A stretch of 64,000 nucleotides of DNA from Patescibacteria group bacterium (GTDB lineage Bacteria; Patescibacteriota; Minisyncoccia; Phycocordibacterales; JAKFXT01), in the NCBI GenBank assembly GCA_021731245.1, contig JAKFXT010000008.1:1045-65044 (forward strand), written 5' to 3'. Both the position numbers and the translations under genes were made by a program. This document shows positions 38,815 through 48,746 of this stretch, piece by piece (the first letter of the stretch is position 1; every line of letters begins with the position of its first letter). Under the pieces are notes generated by a model. That model searched no databases. It was given only the letters and a program-made list of their open reading frames with translations, and was not told where the DNA came from.

Positions 38815-39087
38815 ATGTTCGAAGAAAGGATTAAATATCGTCCAGCGTTTTGTCATTGTGGTCTGGTGATGGGCCATCCGGATTGCCACCATTCGCAGGC
38901 TTTCCTGCAGGATCTTCTGGATCGTATGGAGGACCTGTATGAAAGAGGGGGTCTCATGTTTGCCGTTACGGCTTTGCTTGGTGAGCACAGTGAAGACCGC
39001 GTCTACACTCAGGACGAGTTGAATCGGGCGATGGTGTTTGCGGTACGAGCCAAGGCCATTAATTTCAGCTTAACGGTGCCAGGATGA
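38815..39087 (+). CDS. small Cys/His-rich hypothetical protein (GC-rich orphan)
   Basis: AAGGAG SD, TTGACA promoter at 38752, terminator 39117-39142; CHCG..H..CHH. Confidence 0.65.
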   Translation: MFEERIKYRPAFCHCGLVMGHPDCHHSQAFLQDLLDRMEDLYERGGLMFAVTALLGEHSEDRVYTQDELNRAMVFAVRAKAINFSLTVPG

Positions 39088-39116
39088 ATTTTTTCGGAGG
39101 AGGAGGGAGAAGTACG

Positions 39117-39142
39117 ACGGCACCTGCGGGTGCCGTTTTTTT
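39117..39142 (+). terminator. intrinsic terminator
   Basis: ACGGCACC-TGCG-GGTGCCGT-TTTTTT. Confidence 0.85.
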
Positions 39143-39145
39143 TAT

Positions 39146-41320
39146 CTATTTTTTCTTTGCGTCTATTTTATGTGGATTATGATTTGCGCATATTTTACTT
39201 GAGCATCTTTCTGGAATTGTTTTAGTGCCCTCCATCATTAGGGAGTTACAAAGTTTACAAATCGCTCCAGTTGGCTTTGCTTTGATAGCATTTTTACAAT
39301 CAGGATAATCACTGCAAGAATAAAATATTCCAAATTTACCACGTCTTTCAATCATTGTTCCTTTATTACATGTTGGACAATTTACCCCAGTATTTTTCTT
39401 AGCGGCCTCAATCGGATCTTCTTTTATAAATTTACATTTAGGATAATTATTACAAGCGATGAAGCGTCCAAATCTTCCATCACGTTCGATAAGCATTCCT
39501 TTTGAACAATCAGGACACTTTTCTCCAGTTTCTTTTGGTCCTTGAAGTTCCTCGCCTGTTTCTGTACGAGCTCCCTGACAATCTGGAAATTTAGAACAAC
39601 TCATAAACTTTCCATTTTTGGATAATTTAAAAATCATATCAGCGCCACACTTTGGACATTTAAATTCAGCGGAAGCAGGACCCAAATCGGTAATTTTTTT
39701 TGCTTCTTTGGTTTTTATTTTTACATCTTTAAGAAATGGAGTGTAGAAATCTCTAAGAGTTTTAACATATTCACGTTTCCCGTTGGCGATATCATCAAGC
39801 TCATCTTCCATTTCAGCTGTAAAAGTATCACTTATATAATTTCCAAAGTTTTCTTCTAGAAATGTACTAACAACGCCACCTGTTTCTGTTGGTTTTAGCG
39901 CGCGACCCTCTTTCACTACATAACCTCTTTGGTCCAGTGTTTTCATAATGGAGGCGTAAGTAGAAGGACGTCCTATGCCACGTTTTTCTAGTTCTTTAAC
40001 AAGCCCTGCTTCTGTGTAGCGTGGTGGTGGTTCCGTTTCTTTCCCTTGCGAATTTATTTCTATCAATTTCAAATCTTCGTCCACTATAACTTTTGGCAAT
40101 TCTACATCTTCTCCACGTGCGTCAGTGTCGCAGGCGAGCCATCCTGGGAAAAGGACACGAGAACCTGTTGTGGAAAATGGGGGAGCATCCCCATCGATTA
40201 TTTCTGTAATTATTTTTGTTCGGAGTAGCTTGGCATCAGCCATTTGAGAAGAAACAGCTCTGTCGTGAATTAGTCTATAAAGTTTTTTCTGCTCCTCATT
40301 ATTCCCAGCGCTCATTTTAGTTGCATGTGATGGACGTATGGCTTCGTGCGCTTCTTGTGCATTTTTACTTTTAGTAGCAAATTGTTTTAGTGCCAAATAT
40401 TCTTTTCCATATTCTTTTTCAATTACCCCAGCAATTTCTTTTTGCGCTCCTAGACTCAAAGTAGTTGAGTCTGTTCTCATATAAGTTATAAAACCAGCTT
40501 CATATAATTTCTGTGCAATGCCCATAGTGCGTGATGGAGAAAATCCAAGACGAGAGGAGGCTGTTTGTTGAAGAGTAGATGTGGTAAATGGTGCGCGAGC
40601 AGAACGTTTTACTTCGCTTTCCACAACGTCCGCTACTTTCCAGAGCTTTGTATTTCCAGCTTTAAGTATTTTTTCCACTTCTTTTTCATCTCGCGGTTCT
40701 TTTTCGCAAGTGACTAGAAAACTAGCGTTTTTGTTTTTTACATTAGCCGTAATAACCCAATATTTTTCTGGGATGAAAGCGCGTATTTCTCGCTCGCGTT
40801 CCATTATTATGCGCAAAGCTGGGGATTGAACACGTCCAGCAGAAAGCCCATAACGAACCTTTTTCCAAATAAGCCCTGATAAATCATATCCCACCAATCT
40901 ATCCAAAACGCGACGAGCTTCCTGTGCCTCCTTTAGCTTCATATCTATAGTACGTGGGTTGGCCACCGCTTCCTTCACTGCTTCTTCTGTAATTTCGTGA
41001 AATGTAACACGCTTTGGCTTTTTAAGTCCCAAAGCTTCTTTAATATGCCAAGCAATAGCTTCCCCCTCTCTATCCGGGTCGGTCGCAAGATATATTTCCT
41101 TTGCTTTTTTAGCTAAGTCCGTTAGTTCTTGAATCACCTTTTCTTTGCCACGACTCACTTCATAATGGGGAATAAAACCACCATCTATATCAATCGCTTT
41201 TTTATTATTTTTAGGCAAATCACGAACATGTCCCACAGACGCACGCACAGTAAAATCCCCACCGAGATATTTCTCAATAGTTTTTGCTTTAGCGGGTGAC
41301 TCTACAATTAATAATTTCAT
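39146..41320 (-). CDS. topA: DNA topoisomerase I
   Basis: IVESPAKAKTI, ATDPDREGE, SAGRVQ, ITYMRTDS, C4 zinc ribbons. Confidence 0.97.
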   Translation of the reverse strand: MKLLIVESPAKAKTIEKYLGGDFTVRASVGHVRDLPKNNKKAIDIDGGFIPHYEVSRGKEKVIQELTDLAKKAKEIYLATDPDREGEAIAWHIKEALGLKKPKRVTFHEITEEAVKEAVANPRTIDMKLKEAQEARRVLDRLVGYDLSGLIWKKVRYGLSAGRVQSPALRIIMEREREIRAFIPEKYWVITANVKNKNASFLVTCEKEPRDEKEVEKILKAGNTKLWKVADVVESEVKRSARAPFTTSTLQQTASSRLGFSPSRTMGIAQKLYEAGFITYMRTDSTTLSLGAQKEIAGVIEKEYGKEYLALKQFATKSKNAQEAHEAIRPSHATKMSAGNNEEQKKLYRLIHDRAVSSQMADAKLLRTKIITEIIDGDAPPFSTTGSRVLFPGWLACDTDARGEDVELPKVIVDEDLKLIEINSQGKETEPPPRYTEAGLVKELEKRGIGRPSTYASIMKTLDQRGYVVKEGRALKPTETGGVVSTFLEENFGNYISDTFTAEMEDELDDIANGKREYVKTLRDFYTPFLKDVKIKTKEAKKITDLGPASAEFKCPKCGADMIFKLSKNGKFMSCSKFPDCQGARTETGEELQGPKETGEKCPDCSKGMLIERDGRFGRFIACNNYPKCKFIKEDPIEAAKKNTGVNCPTCNKGTMIERRGKFGIFYSCSDYPDCKNAIKAKPTGAICKLCNSLMMEGTKTIPERCSSKICANHNPHKIDAKKK

Positions 41321-41376
41321 AAGTAGTCACCGCAACAAATAACACGAGGGCTATTGTAGTGTCAAATTTTATTTTT

Positions 41377-42240
41377 TTAAATTCTTCTTATTTCTCCCAA
41401 AGATTCTTTGATTAATCCTTTAATCTCCATTACAGAAAGTAAAGTGTTGATTTCGTTTATTGGCATGTTGATAAGAAAAATTAAATCTTCTTTAGATTTT
41501 GGCTCTCTAAGTATTTCTAGAACTTTTATTTCATCCGCTGAACAGTCACTTGGCATACCAAAATCTAATTTTTCCTTATCAGTTTCTATATGAAGTGCCT
41601 CTAGAATATCGTCACTATTTCTTATTGGTGTTGCGCCCAATTTCAAAAGCATATGCGGACCTTCTGATGTTGTAGAAAACATTGAACCAGGGACTGTTAA
41701 AACATCTCTATTGTATTCTGTTGCAAGGCGCGAAGTTATAAGAGTTCCCGACATTTTCTCGGCTTCAATAACAAATGTGGCGTGCGACATGCCCGCCATT
41801 ATTCTATTTCTTTGTGGGAATGTGTAAGGAGCAGCTTTTAAGTTTGGTTCAAATTCAGAAAGTAAAAGACCCCCTGCTTTCAATATTCTTTCGGACAATC
41901 CAAAATTAGTTCTCGGATAAATTACATTTGGGTGAATTCCAGAACCAGGTATGGCAATAGTTTTTATTCCCGCACTTAATGCAAATTCGTGAGCAAGGGC
42001 ATCCATGCCGAGTGCCATACCAGAAATTATTATTACAGGATATCCACGGAGCCCTTGAATTAATTTTTGACAGGCAGATTTTCCATATTCGCTATATTTA
42101 CGTGAGCCGACAATTGCTAAGAATTTATTATTTTCCCAATCGGGGAGAGTCCCACGATAATAAAGTTTTTTAGGTGGGCTCGGTATTTCTTTTAAAAGGG
42201 GAGGGAAATTTTCTGGAGATATTTCTTTTATCTCATTCAT
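41377..42240 (-). CDS. dprA: DNA-processing protein DprA
   Basis: AIVGSR, ISGMALGMD, FPQRNRIMAG, EA..SGTLIT; upstream of topA. Confidence 0.95.
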   Translation of the reverse strand: MNEIKEISPENFPPLLKEIPSPPKKLYYRGTLPDWENNKFLAIVGSRKYSEYGKSACQKLIQGLRGYPVIIISGMALGMDALAHEFALSAGIKTIAIPGSGIHPNVIYPRTNFGLSERILKAGGLLLSEFEPNLKAAPYTFPQRNRIMAGMSHATFVIEAEKMSGTLITSRLATEYNRDVLTVPGSMFSTTSEGPHMLLKLGATPIRNSDDILEALHIETDKEKLDFGMPSDCSADEIKVLEILREPKSKEDLIFLINMPINEINTLLSVMEIKGLIKESLGEIRRI

Positions 42241-42282
42241 TAAAAAATTGTATCACGATAAATATTTATCAATTTCCACATA

Positions 42283-42312
42283 TTGACAAATCTGTTTATT
42301 TAGTGTATTATT
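42283..42312 (+). promoter_or_regulatory. sigma70 promoter, copy 1 of a near-identical pair
   Basis: TTGACAAATCTGTTTATTTAGTGTATTATT. Confidence 0.8.
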
Positions 42313-42358
42313 AAGGATAGATTTTCCGAATAACGCTTTCTTTTTGAAGGAGCAGAAA

Positions 42359-42811
42359 ATGAACAAAATCCTGATTTTCTTGGCGTTTTTCGTCACCCTG
42401 ACCGGCAATGTTCGCGCAAGTGGAGACGGGGACGGTGGCGATGGTGCAGGCGGTGGAGATGGTGGAGGTGCGGGGAAACAAATCCCGCAGTACGAAAAAT
42501 GCTTCACCTTCGGTCGCGCGCTCCTCAACAGGGTGAACGACGAAAAGATTTCCGAGACCGATGCTCTCAAGATTGCCAGGGCAAATGCCACGATTCTCTA
42601 CCCTGGAAAGACCGACCTCTGGGAACCCATCGTCGCGGACGCGGTGAAGTATGCGTACTCGTTGAGTCTTGCGACAGCAAGATCGCAAGTCGGAACCCAG
42701 CTCACCGGCGACTGCGCGCAGGCGGATGCGGTGCTCAAGAGTAAAGACCGCTGGGGAGACAATCAAGGATGGATTTCCAGGGTGGAAAAAGTTCCGGCGA
42801 AAAAGAAGTAA
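42359..42811 (+). CDS. putative secreted protein with a Gly/Asp-rich N-terminus (GC-rich orphan)
   Basis: AAGGAG SD, signal peptide ending VRA, GDGDGGDGAGGGDGGGAG. Confidence 0.7.
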   Translation: MNKILIFLAFFVTLTGNVRASGDGDGGDGAGGGDGGGAGKQIPQYEKCFTFGRALLNRVNDEKISETDALKIARANATILYPGKTDLWEPIVADAVKYAYSLSLATARSQVGTQLTGDCAQADAVLKSKDRWGDNQGWISRVEKVPAKKK

Positions 42812-42832
42812 GTCGCTTGCGAGCGACGGAAT

Positions 42833-42859
42833 AGGCGGGTGTGCAAGCACCCGCCTTTT
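42833..42859 (+). terminator. intrinsic terminator
   Basis: AGGCGGGTG-TGCAAG-CACCCGCCT-TTT. Confidence 0.85.
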
Positions 42860-42866
42860 GTTTTGT

Positions 42867-42896
42867 TTGACAAATTTGTATATTTAGTGTATTATT
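42867..42896 (+). promoter_or_regulatory. sigma70 promoter, copy 2
   Basis: TTGACAAATTTGTATATTTAGTGTATTATT, 28/30 identical to 42283-42312. Confidence 0.8.
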
Positions 42897-42937
42897 TAAA
42901 ATAGAAGTGTTTCGACAACTAACTATGGGAGATTTCC

Positions 42938-43222
42938 ATGAACGCTGATTTGCTGATTGGAGCTGTTTGCTGGGGCTTGATGTTCCTCTTCTTTTTTTGG
43001 AACATCTTCCACAGGAAGGAGGGCGAGAAATTCCTCACCATTCTGACTGGCGGTGGGGTGTCGGCATACTGTCTGTCCGGGATTTTGTTCCATATCACCT
43101 TCCCGAGCTACTCGACATGGAGCTTCAAGGCCCTCCAGGTTTGGTCCTTGGCCGGCATGCTCATGGTTCTCATCGTGGTGATGATGGCGATTCGTGGCAG
43201 TCCCGAAAGAGGAAGAAACTGA
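42938..43222 (+). CDS. small 3-TM membrane protein (GC-rich orphan)
   Basis: GGGAG SD, three hydrophobic segments, terminator 43241-43271. Confidence 0.7.
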   Translation: MNADLLIGAVCWGLMFLFFFWNIFHRKEGEKFLTILTGGGVSAYCLSGILFHITFPSYSTWSFKALQVWSLAGMLMVLIVVMMAIRGSPERGRN

Positions 43223-43304
43223 TATAGAAGGCAACAGGTCGAGCCGGTTCCGCATCACGGAACCGGCTTTTCATTTTTCATACTTATAATTTATACTTGA
43301 CTCC

Positions 43305-44567
43305 ATGCTTGATATTAAGTTTATTCGCGAAAATAAAGATTTAGTTGATTTGGCCGCCAAGAAAAAATTAATTAAGTTTGATGTTTCCAAGTTGCTCGCG
43401 GTGGATGAAAGACGCCGAGAGACTTTGCAATTGGTAGAAAGTAAGCGTGCGGAACAAAATAATACTGCTGGAGCTGTTGCTATAGAAAAAGATATTAATA
43501 AAAGAGGGCAATTAATAGCTGAATCAAAGCTTGTAAAAGAAGAATTACAGAAAGAAGAAGAAAATCTCAAAGAAATAATGAAGGAGTGGCAATCTTTGAT
43601 GCTTCAAGTTCCTAACATTCCCGATATGTCTGTCCCAGATGGAATGAGTGATGCCGATAATAAAGAAATAAAAGTTTGGGGAGAAAAAACAAAATTTGAA
43701 TTCGAGGCGAAGGGGCACACTGATTTAATGCTCTTGCACGATATGATTGATTTAGAACGTGGGGTGAAGGTATCTGGTTTCAGAGGATATTTTTTGAAAA
43801 ATGATGGAGCTCTTTTATCTTTTGCTATTTGGCAATATGCCCAGAGATTTTTTTTGAGTAAAGGATTTTCACCAATAATCTCTCCTTCTTTGATTAGAAG
43901 GGAAGTTCTTATGGGTAGTGGATATTTGCCACAAGGTGAAGAAGATTTGTATAAAACACAAGATGGAGAATATTTGGCGGGAACTGCAGAAGTTGGAATG
44001 ATGGGTTATCACATGGATGAGATTTTAAAAAAAGAAGAATTACCAATAAAGTTTCTAGGTTTTTCTCCGTGTTTCAGACGTGAAGCGGGAGCACATGGTA
44101 AAGATACTAAAGGACTTATTCGAGTGCATGAATTTTATAAATGGGAGCAAGTTATTTTGTGTGAAGCAACGCATGAGGAGAGTGTGAAATATCATGAGTG
44201 GCTAAATAGAAATACAGAAGAATTTATAGAATCTTTAGGCCTTCCATATCACACAGTTATAAATTGTGGAGGGGACTTGGGTCTTGGACAGGTTAAGAAA
44301 TATGATATTGAACTTTGGGTTCCAGGAGAGCAGAAATATAGAGAAATAAGTTCCGCCTCATATTTTCATGATTTTCAGACGCGTCGCCTTAATATTCGTT
44401 ACAAAGACTCTGATGGCACAATGCGTTTTGCGCACTCATTAAATAGCACAGCCATTCCCACTCCTAGAATTCTAGTTTCAATTGTTGAAAATAATCAGCA
44501 AGCAGATGGCAGTATAAAAATTCCTGAAGCCCTTGTGCCGTATTTGGGTAAGGATACAATAAAATAG
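43305..44567 (+). CDS. serS: seryl-tRNA synthetase
   Basis: MLDIKFIREN, GTAEV, CFRREAG, RVHEF, REISSAS, FQTRRL. Confidence 0.97.
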   Translation: MLDIKFIRENKDLVDLAAKKKLIKFDVSKLLAVDERRRETLQLVESKRAEQNNTAGAVAIEKDINKRGQLIAESKLVKEELQKEEENLKEIMKEWQSLMLQVPNIPDMSVPDGMSDADNKEIKVWGEKTKFEFEAKGHTDLMLLHDMIDLERGVKVSGFRGYFLKNDGALLSFAIWQYAQRFFLSKGFSPIISPSLIRREVLMGSGYLPQGEEDLYKTQDGEYLAGTAEVGMMGYHMDEILKKEELPIKFLGFSPCFRREAGAHGKDTKGLIRVHEFYKWEQVILCEATHEESVKYHEWLNRNTEEFIESLGLPYHTVINCGGDLGLGQVKKYDIELWVPGEQKYREISSASYFHDFQTRRLNIRYKDSDGTMRFAHSLNSTAIPTPRILVSIVENNQQADGSIKIPEALVPYLGKDTIK

Positions 44568-45398
44568 ATGTTTTCAAGCAAAGGGGTTTTATCCTCTCCG
44601 CAGGCACAAAAGAAAAAAAGAATAAACCGTATTAAGGGCACACTTACGTTTATTTTTATTATTTTAGGTATTAGTTCTGGTCTATACAGTGCTCCAAGGT
44701 ATAAGGAGGTCACAATTTATAATATTTCAATATCAGGAAATGAGGTAATAGAAAAAAATACTATTGAGAATATTGTTTCGGAAAAGCTCTCTGGCAATCA
44801 ATATCTATTTTTCCCTAATAGAAACATTTTTCTCTACCCAAAAACATCTATCATTGATTCAATAAAAAATATAAGCCCCTATATTTTAAGCGCCAATGTT
44901 TCCTTTGGAAATTTCAATAGTATTAATGTGGAAGTAATAGAAAGGAAACCCCACTCTCTATATTGTGGAGCAGAATATAAAAAGGAAGATGGTGTTAGTT
45001 GTTATTTCTTAGATGACAAAGGTTTTATTTTTGATGAAGCTCCTCAATTTTCGGGTAATACTTTTGTTAGATACTTTGGCACAACCACAGAGCCATATAT
45101 TGGCAACACTTACTCAAACACTATTTTATTCCAAACACTCTCTCGTTTTATAGATAATTTGAAAGAAAAAGGATTAGATGTGGTTTCTGTGCGCATTATT
45201 TCACCTGATGAGATTTTATTTTATCTAGATACTGGAAGTAAATTGATTATTTCTGAAAAAACAGACTATAACAAAGTCATTACTTATATTGCAGACATAA
45301 TGACAAGTGCTGATTTTAAAGGAAAAGATGAAAACGGGAAATTAAATGTTTCTTATGTAGATTTTCGTTTCGGTAACAAAATATTCTACAAAAAATAA
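44568..45398 (+). CDS. FtsQ/DivIB-like protein
   Basis: Basic N-terminus, TM helix, POTRA-like ISGNE..VIERKP, C-terminal YVDFRFGNKIFYK. Confidence 0.75.
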   Translation: MFSSKGVLSSPQAQKKKRINRIKGTLTFIFIILGISSGLYSAPRYKEVTIYNISISGNEVIEKNTIENIVSEKLSGNQYLFFPNRNIFLYPKTSIIDSIKNISPYILSANVSFGNFNSINVEVIERKPHSLYCGAEYKKEDGVSCYFLDDKGFIFDEAPQFSGNTFVRYFGTTTEPYIGNTYSNTILFQTLSRFIDNLKEKGLDVVSVRIISPDEILFYLDTGSKLIISEKTDYNKVITYIADIMTSADFKGKDENGKLNVSYVDFRFGNKIFYKK

Positions 45399-45416
45399 AA
45401 CAAGCGGAAGTCTACA

Positions 45417-45698
45417 TCAACTTCCGCTTTTCCTCAAAAGATTAAAAAGATTATAGAAACATTCGTATATAGCGATTTCGCTTGAGGCGCCTACTCCAAA
45501 GCATTTTTCAGGGTGGAATATTTGGGCAACTATAATTCTCCTTTTTTGCTTGTTAATCGAGAATTCCTGTGTAGATATGTAGACAAGGGTTGTCTGTCTC
45601 GATCTCAGTGGTTCAGCGGATCCCGACCTGATCACAGTTCCTTTTGGAACAGGTATGACCCCCTCGTACTCAAAAGCTTCCTTCAAGATTTCGTTCAT
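45417..45698 (-). CDS. hypothetical protein (orphan)
   Basis: GGGAG SD before ATG 45698; hairpin AAGCGGAAGT..ACTTCCGCTT at the 3' end. Confidence 0.55.
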   Translation of the reverse strand: MNEILKEAFEYEGVIPVPKGTVIRSGSAEPLRSRQTTLVYISTQEFSINKQKRRIIVAQIFHPEKCFGVGASSEIAIYECFYNLFNLLRKSGS

Positions 45699-45786
45699 TG
45701 TCTCTCCCAAGGTACAGTTTCTTCTTTATACAATCACAAAGCATTATTTCTATCAAATTTAGCTTTGTGTTAATGTGCATTTTGTA

Positions 45787-46734
45787 ATGAGTAATTTTTG
45801 GGAAAAGTTGAATAAGCCATTTTTTGTTTTAGCTCCGCTTGCTGATGTTACGGATGCGGCCTTTCGTCGTGTCATTGCAAAGTATGGAAAGCCGGATGTC
45901 CTCTGGACCGAATTCGTTTCCGCGGATGGGCTCATGAGTCCGGGGCGTGAAGTTTTGCTAAATGATTTGAAATATACAGAAGGGGAGCGTCCGATTGTTG
46001 CACAACTTTTTTCAGGACACCCAGAGAAAATGTTTGGCGCGGCCAAGCTCTGTAAAGAATTAGGATTTGATGCAATTGATATAAATATGGGTTGTCCTGA
46101 TAAATCCATAGAAAAACAATGTGCGGGGGCGGCTTTAATAAAAAACCCAGAGTTAGCCAAAGAAATAATTCGTGCCGCTAAGAGTGGCGCGGAAGGACTT
46201 CCTATTTCCGTTAAAACTCGTGTGGGTTACAACAAAGATGAAATATATACTTGGATTCGCTCTCTTCTTGAAGAAGATTTGGCAGTACTAACAATTCATG
46301 CGAGAACCAGAAAAGAAATGTCTCTTGTTCCTGCGCGATGGGAAGATGTCGCAAGAGTTGTGAAATTACGAGATGAAATGAAAAAGAAAACTTTGATAAT
46401 TGGAAATGGGGATGTAAAAAATTTAGATGATACACGCGAAAAAGCAAAAACAAGTGGAGCCGATGGAATAATGCTAGGGCGGGCTATTTTTGGTAACCCA
46501 TGGTTATTTTCTGAAAAAGTGCCGGATATAAAAGAAAAATTATCTGTAATGGTGGAACATACAAAACTTTTTGAAGAATTGTTGGGGGGTATAAAAAGTT
46601 TTGCCATTATGAAAAAACATTACAAAGCCTATGTAAACGGTTTTGATGGAGCTAAAGAATTACGTATGAAATTAATGGATTGTAATAATGCCACTGAAAT
46701 AGAAACTATTGTAAATGAATTTTTAAAAGGGTAG
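45787..46734 (+). CDS. dus: tRNA-dihydrouridine synthase
   Basis: LAPLADVTD, DINMGCP, SVKTR, IHAR, GNGDV, GR...NPW. Confidence 0.93.
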   Translation: MSNFWEKLNKPFFVLAPLADVTDAAFRRVIAKYGKPDVLWTEFVSADGLMSPGREVLLNDLKYTEGERPIVAQLFSGHPEKMFGAAKLCKELGFDAIDINMGCPDKSIEKQCAGAALIKNPELAKEIIRAAKSGAEGLPISVKTRVGYNKDEIYTWIRSLLEEDLAVLTIHARTRKEMSLVPARWEDVARVVKLRDEMKKKTLIIGNGDVKNLDDTREKAKTSGADGIMLGRAIFGNPWLFSEKVPDIKEKLSVMVEHTKLFEELLGGIKSFAIMKKHYKAYVNGFDGAKELRMKLMDCNNATEIETIVNEFLKG

Positions 46735-46767
46735 TCTGAAGTAAATTTGTTCCCAAGGGAGGTCTCA

Positions 46768-47091
46768 GTGGCTTATGGTTTCGTGTGTTCCCGTTGCGGA
46801 AGTGTCGAGGGTGTGCACGGATTTGAGCCTGATGAGGATGGCTCAAAACGCTTGAGTGCATATCGCTCCAATCTCAACTCCTGTCCTGGCTTCAAGTACA
46901 AGAGAAAAGATGAGAGATTGGCTGTACACGCATACTCATGGTGTCCAACCAGTACTTTTCCTAGAGAAATACTCTTGAGAGATCAGAGACGGCAATATGG
47001 AGGAAAAAAAATTAAACACATCAACCACTCAGTTACAGCAATTTTGTTCTTCAGCGGGGGTCGCAGTGCGGTGGTCGACATCGGCTCGTAG
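46768..47091 (+). CDS. hypothetical protein with a CxxC..H..C motif (orphan)
   Basis: GGGAGG SD before GTG; hairpin GGGCGC..GCGCCC downstream. Confidence 0.55.
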   Translation: MAYGFVCSRCGSVEGVHGFEPDEDGSKRLSAYRSNLNSCPGFKYKRKDERLAVHAYSWCPTSTFPREILLRDQRRQYGGKKIKHINHSVTAILFFSGGRSAVVDIGS

Positions 47092-47201
47092 TTTTTGGGG
47101 TGGGGCGCTTGAAACATGGCGCCCTTTCTTTTTGTCTTGTAAAACTTTTTTTAAAGTAGTTTAATAGCCTTGACTGAACATTCACAAAGAAAGGACAAAG
47201 G

Positions 47202-47597
47202 ATGTTTCAACAAAGCGATTTCCCCACCCCTCGAATACTGGGTCTTGCGTGGGCAACGGCTTTTTCCATGGACAGAGAAGTCGAAAGAATTATTTCTTCC
47301 TGGAATGACGGTAAAGCCAAGATTTCGTTCATGCAGTTGGTGAACTCTAAGCCTTTTGGCCCCCTTGCTTTTGATGCCATGCTTGAATCTCTGAACCCGG
47401 ACGTTACCGCTACACTGCGAAACTTAGTCAAAAAAGATTTGAACAAGAAACTCTGGGTCGTGTATTGCAAACTAAAAGCAGAAAAAGGTCTACGTAGGCC
47501 ACCAACCTTCAATCCATTGACCTTTCTCCACGCCTGTACTTTGGACCCAGCCATTTTTTCTTATCAAGCTGAAGAGTATTGCGTGCAGGAAGTTTGA
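47202..47597 (+). CDS. hypothetical protein (orphan)
   Basis: AAAGGA SD; terminator GTGCGCCC..GGGCGCACTTTTT. Confidence 0.6.
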   Translation: MFQQSDFPTPRILGLAWATAFSMDREVERIISSWNDGKAKISFMQLVNSKPFGPLAFDAMLESLNPDVTATLRNLVKKDLNKKLWVVYCKLKAEKGLRRPPTFNPLTFLHACTLDPAIFSYQAEEYCVQEV

Positions 47598-47660
47598 AGT
47601 GCGCCCCGACACCAAGGGCGCACTTTTTGTTTGGGGGATTTTTTCAGATATACTAGTGCA

Positions 47661-48698
47661 ATGTCGGAAGTTGCTTTATATAGAAAATACAGACCAAAGA
47701 CTTTTGCTGATGTCTTGGATCAAGAAGAAGTAGTTAAGGTATTGGAGTCTGCCATAAAAAAAGATAATATTTCTCACGCCTACATTTTTGCGGGAAGCCG
47801 TGGTACTGGTAAAACATCTGTTGCTAGAATATTTGCAAGAGAAATCGGCACAACCGATGATGATATTTATGAAATAGACGCGGCTTCAAATCGAGGAATA
47901 GACGAAATTCGTGTTATTCGGGATGCGGTACACACTTCACCGTTTTCTTCAAAATATAAAGTATATATTTTAGACGAAGCGCACATGCTTACTAAAGATG
48001 CCTGGAATGCACTTTTGAAAACTTTAGAAGAGCCACCAGCTTATGTGATTTTTATATTAGCTACGACCGAGATAGAAAAGGTGCCAGAAACTGTACTTTC
48101 TCGATGCCAAACATTTTCTTTTAAAAAACCAACCCACGAAACTTTAAAAAAGGTGATTACGGATATAGCTAAAGCTGAAGGTTTTGCATTAGATAAATCT
48201 GCATCAGAACTCATTTCTTTTTTGGGAGATGGATCTTTTCGTGACGCACAAGTGATTTTACAAAAGATAATTACTGCACAAAGCGGTAAAAATATCTCAA
48301 TTGAAGATGTGGAAGCAGTAAGTGGGGCGCCAAAAGGAAAACTCTTGGAGGATGTTATTTTAGGTATTGAAGAAAAGAACGGTGGTAAGTCACTTTTAGC
48401 GCTTGAAAAAGCCAAGGAACAAAACATCGACATGAAATTATTTCTCCGGTTACTTCTTGAAAGGGTGCGCGTAGTACTTTTACTTCGTTTTGCCAAAGAA
48501 ATGGAGAAAAAGCTTTCGGAAAATTATACAGAAGATGATTTTAAATTATTGAAAGATTTAGCTAATAAAAAAGGTGGGGTAATAAATTCTAAAGTATTGG
48601 ACGAACTACTTCGAGCGTATGAAGAAATAAACTTCGCCGCTATCAAAGAACTCCCACTCCAGCTTGCCCTCATGCGAATAATAGGTGAAAATAAGTAA
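47661..48698 (+). CDS. dnaX: DNA polymerase III subunit gamma/tau
   Basis: LYRKYRP, GSRGTGKT, EIDAASNRG, DEAHML, LKTLEEPP, SRCQ. Confidence 0.96.
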   Translation: MSEVALYRKYRPKTFADVLDQEEVVKVLESAIKKDNISHAYIFAGSRGTGKTSVARIFAREIGTTDDDIYEIDAASNRGIDEIRVIRDAVHTSPFSSKYKVYILDEAHMLTKDAWNALLKTLEEPPAYVIFILATTEIEKVPETVLSRCQTFSFKKPTHETLKKVITDIAKAEGFALDKSASELISFLGDGSFRDAQVILQKIITAQSGKNISIEDVEAVSGAPKGKLLEDVILGIEEKNGGKSLLALEKAKEQNIDMKLFLRLLLERVRVVLLLRFAKEMEKKLSENYTEDDFKLLKDLANKKGGVINSKVLDELLRAYEEINFAAIKELPLQLALMRIIGENK

Positions 48699-48703
48699 AT
48701 ATA

Positions 48704-48733
48704 TATTCTGATATTCTGCAGAATATCAGAATA
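48704..48733. repeat. 30-bp perfect palindrome (left copy)
   Basis: TATTCTGATATTCTG|CAGAATATCAGAATA. Confidence 0.9.
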
Positions 48734-48746
48734 GATAAATGAGTTT

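Noticed and set aside
42311-43258. Minus-strand ORFs of 179, 112 and 111 aa
   Set aside because: Shadows of the plus-strand genes, which have promoter, SD and terminator support
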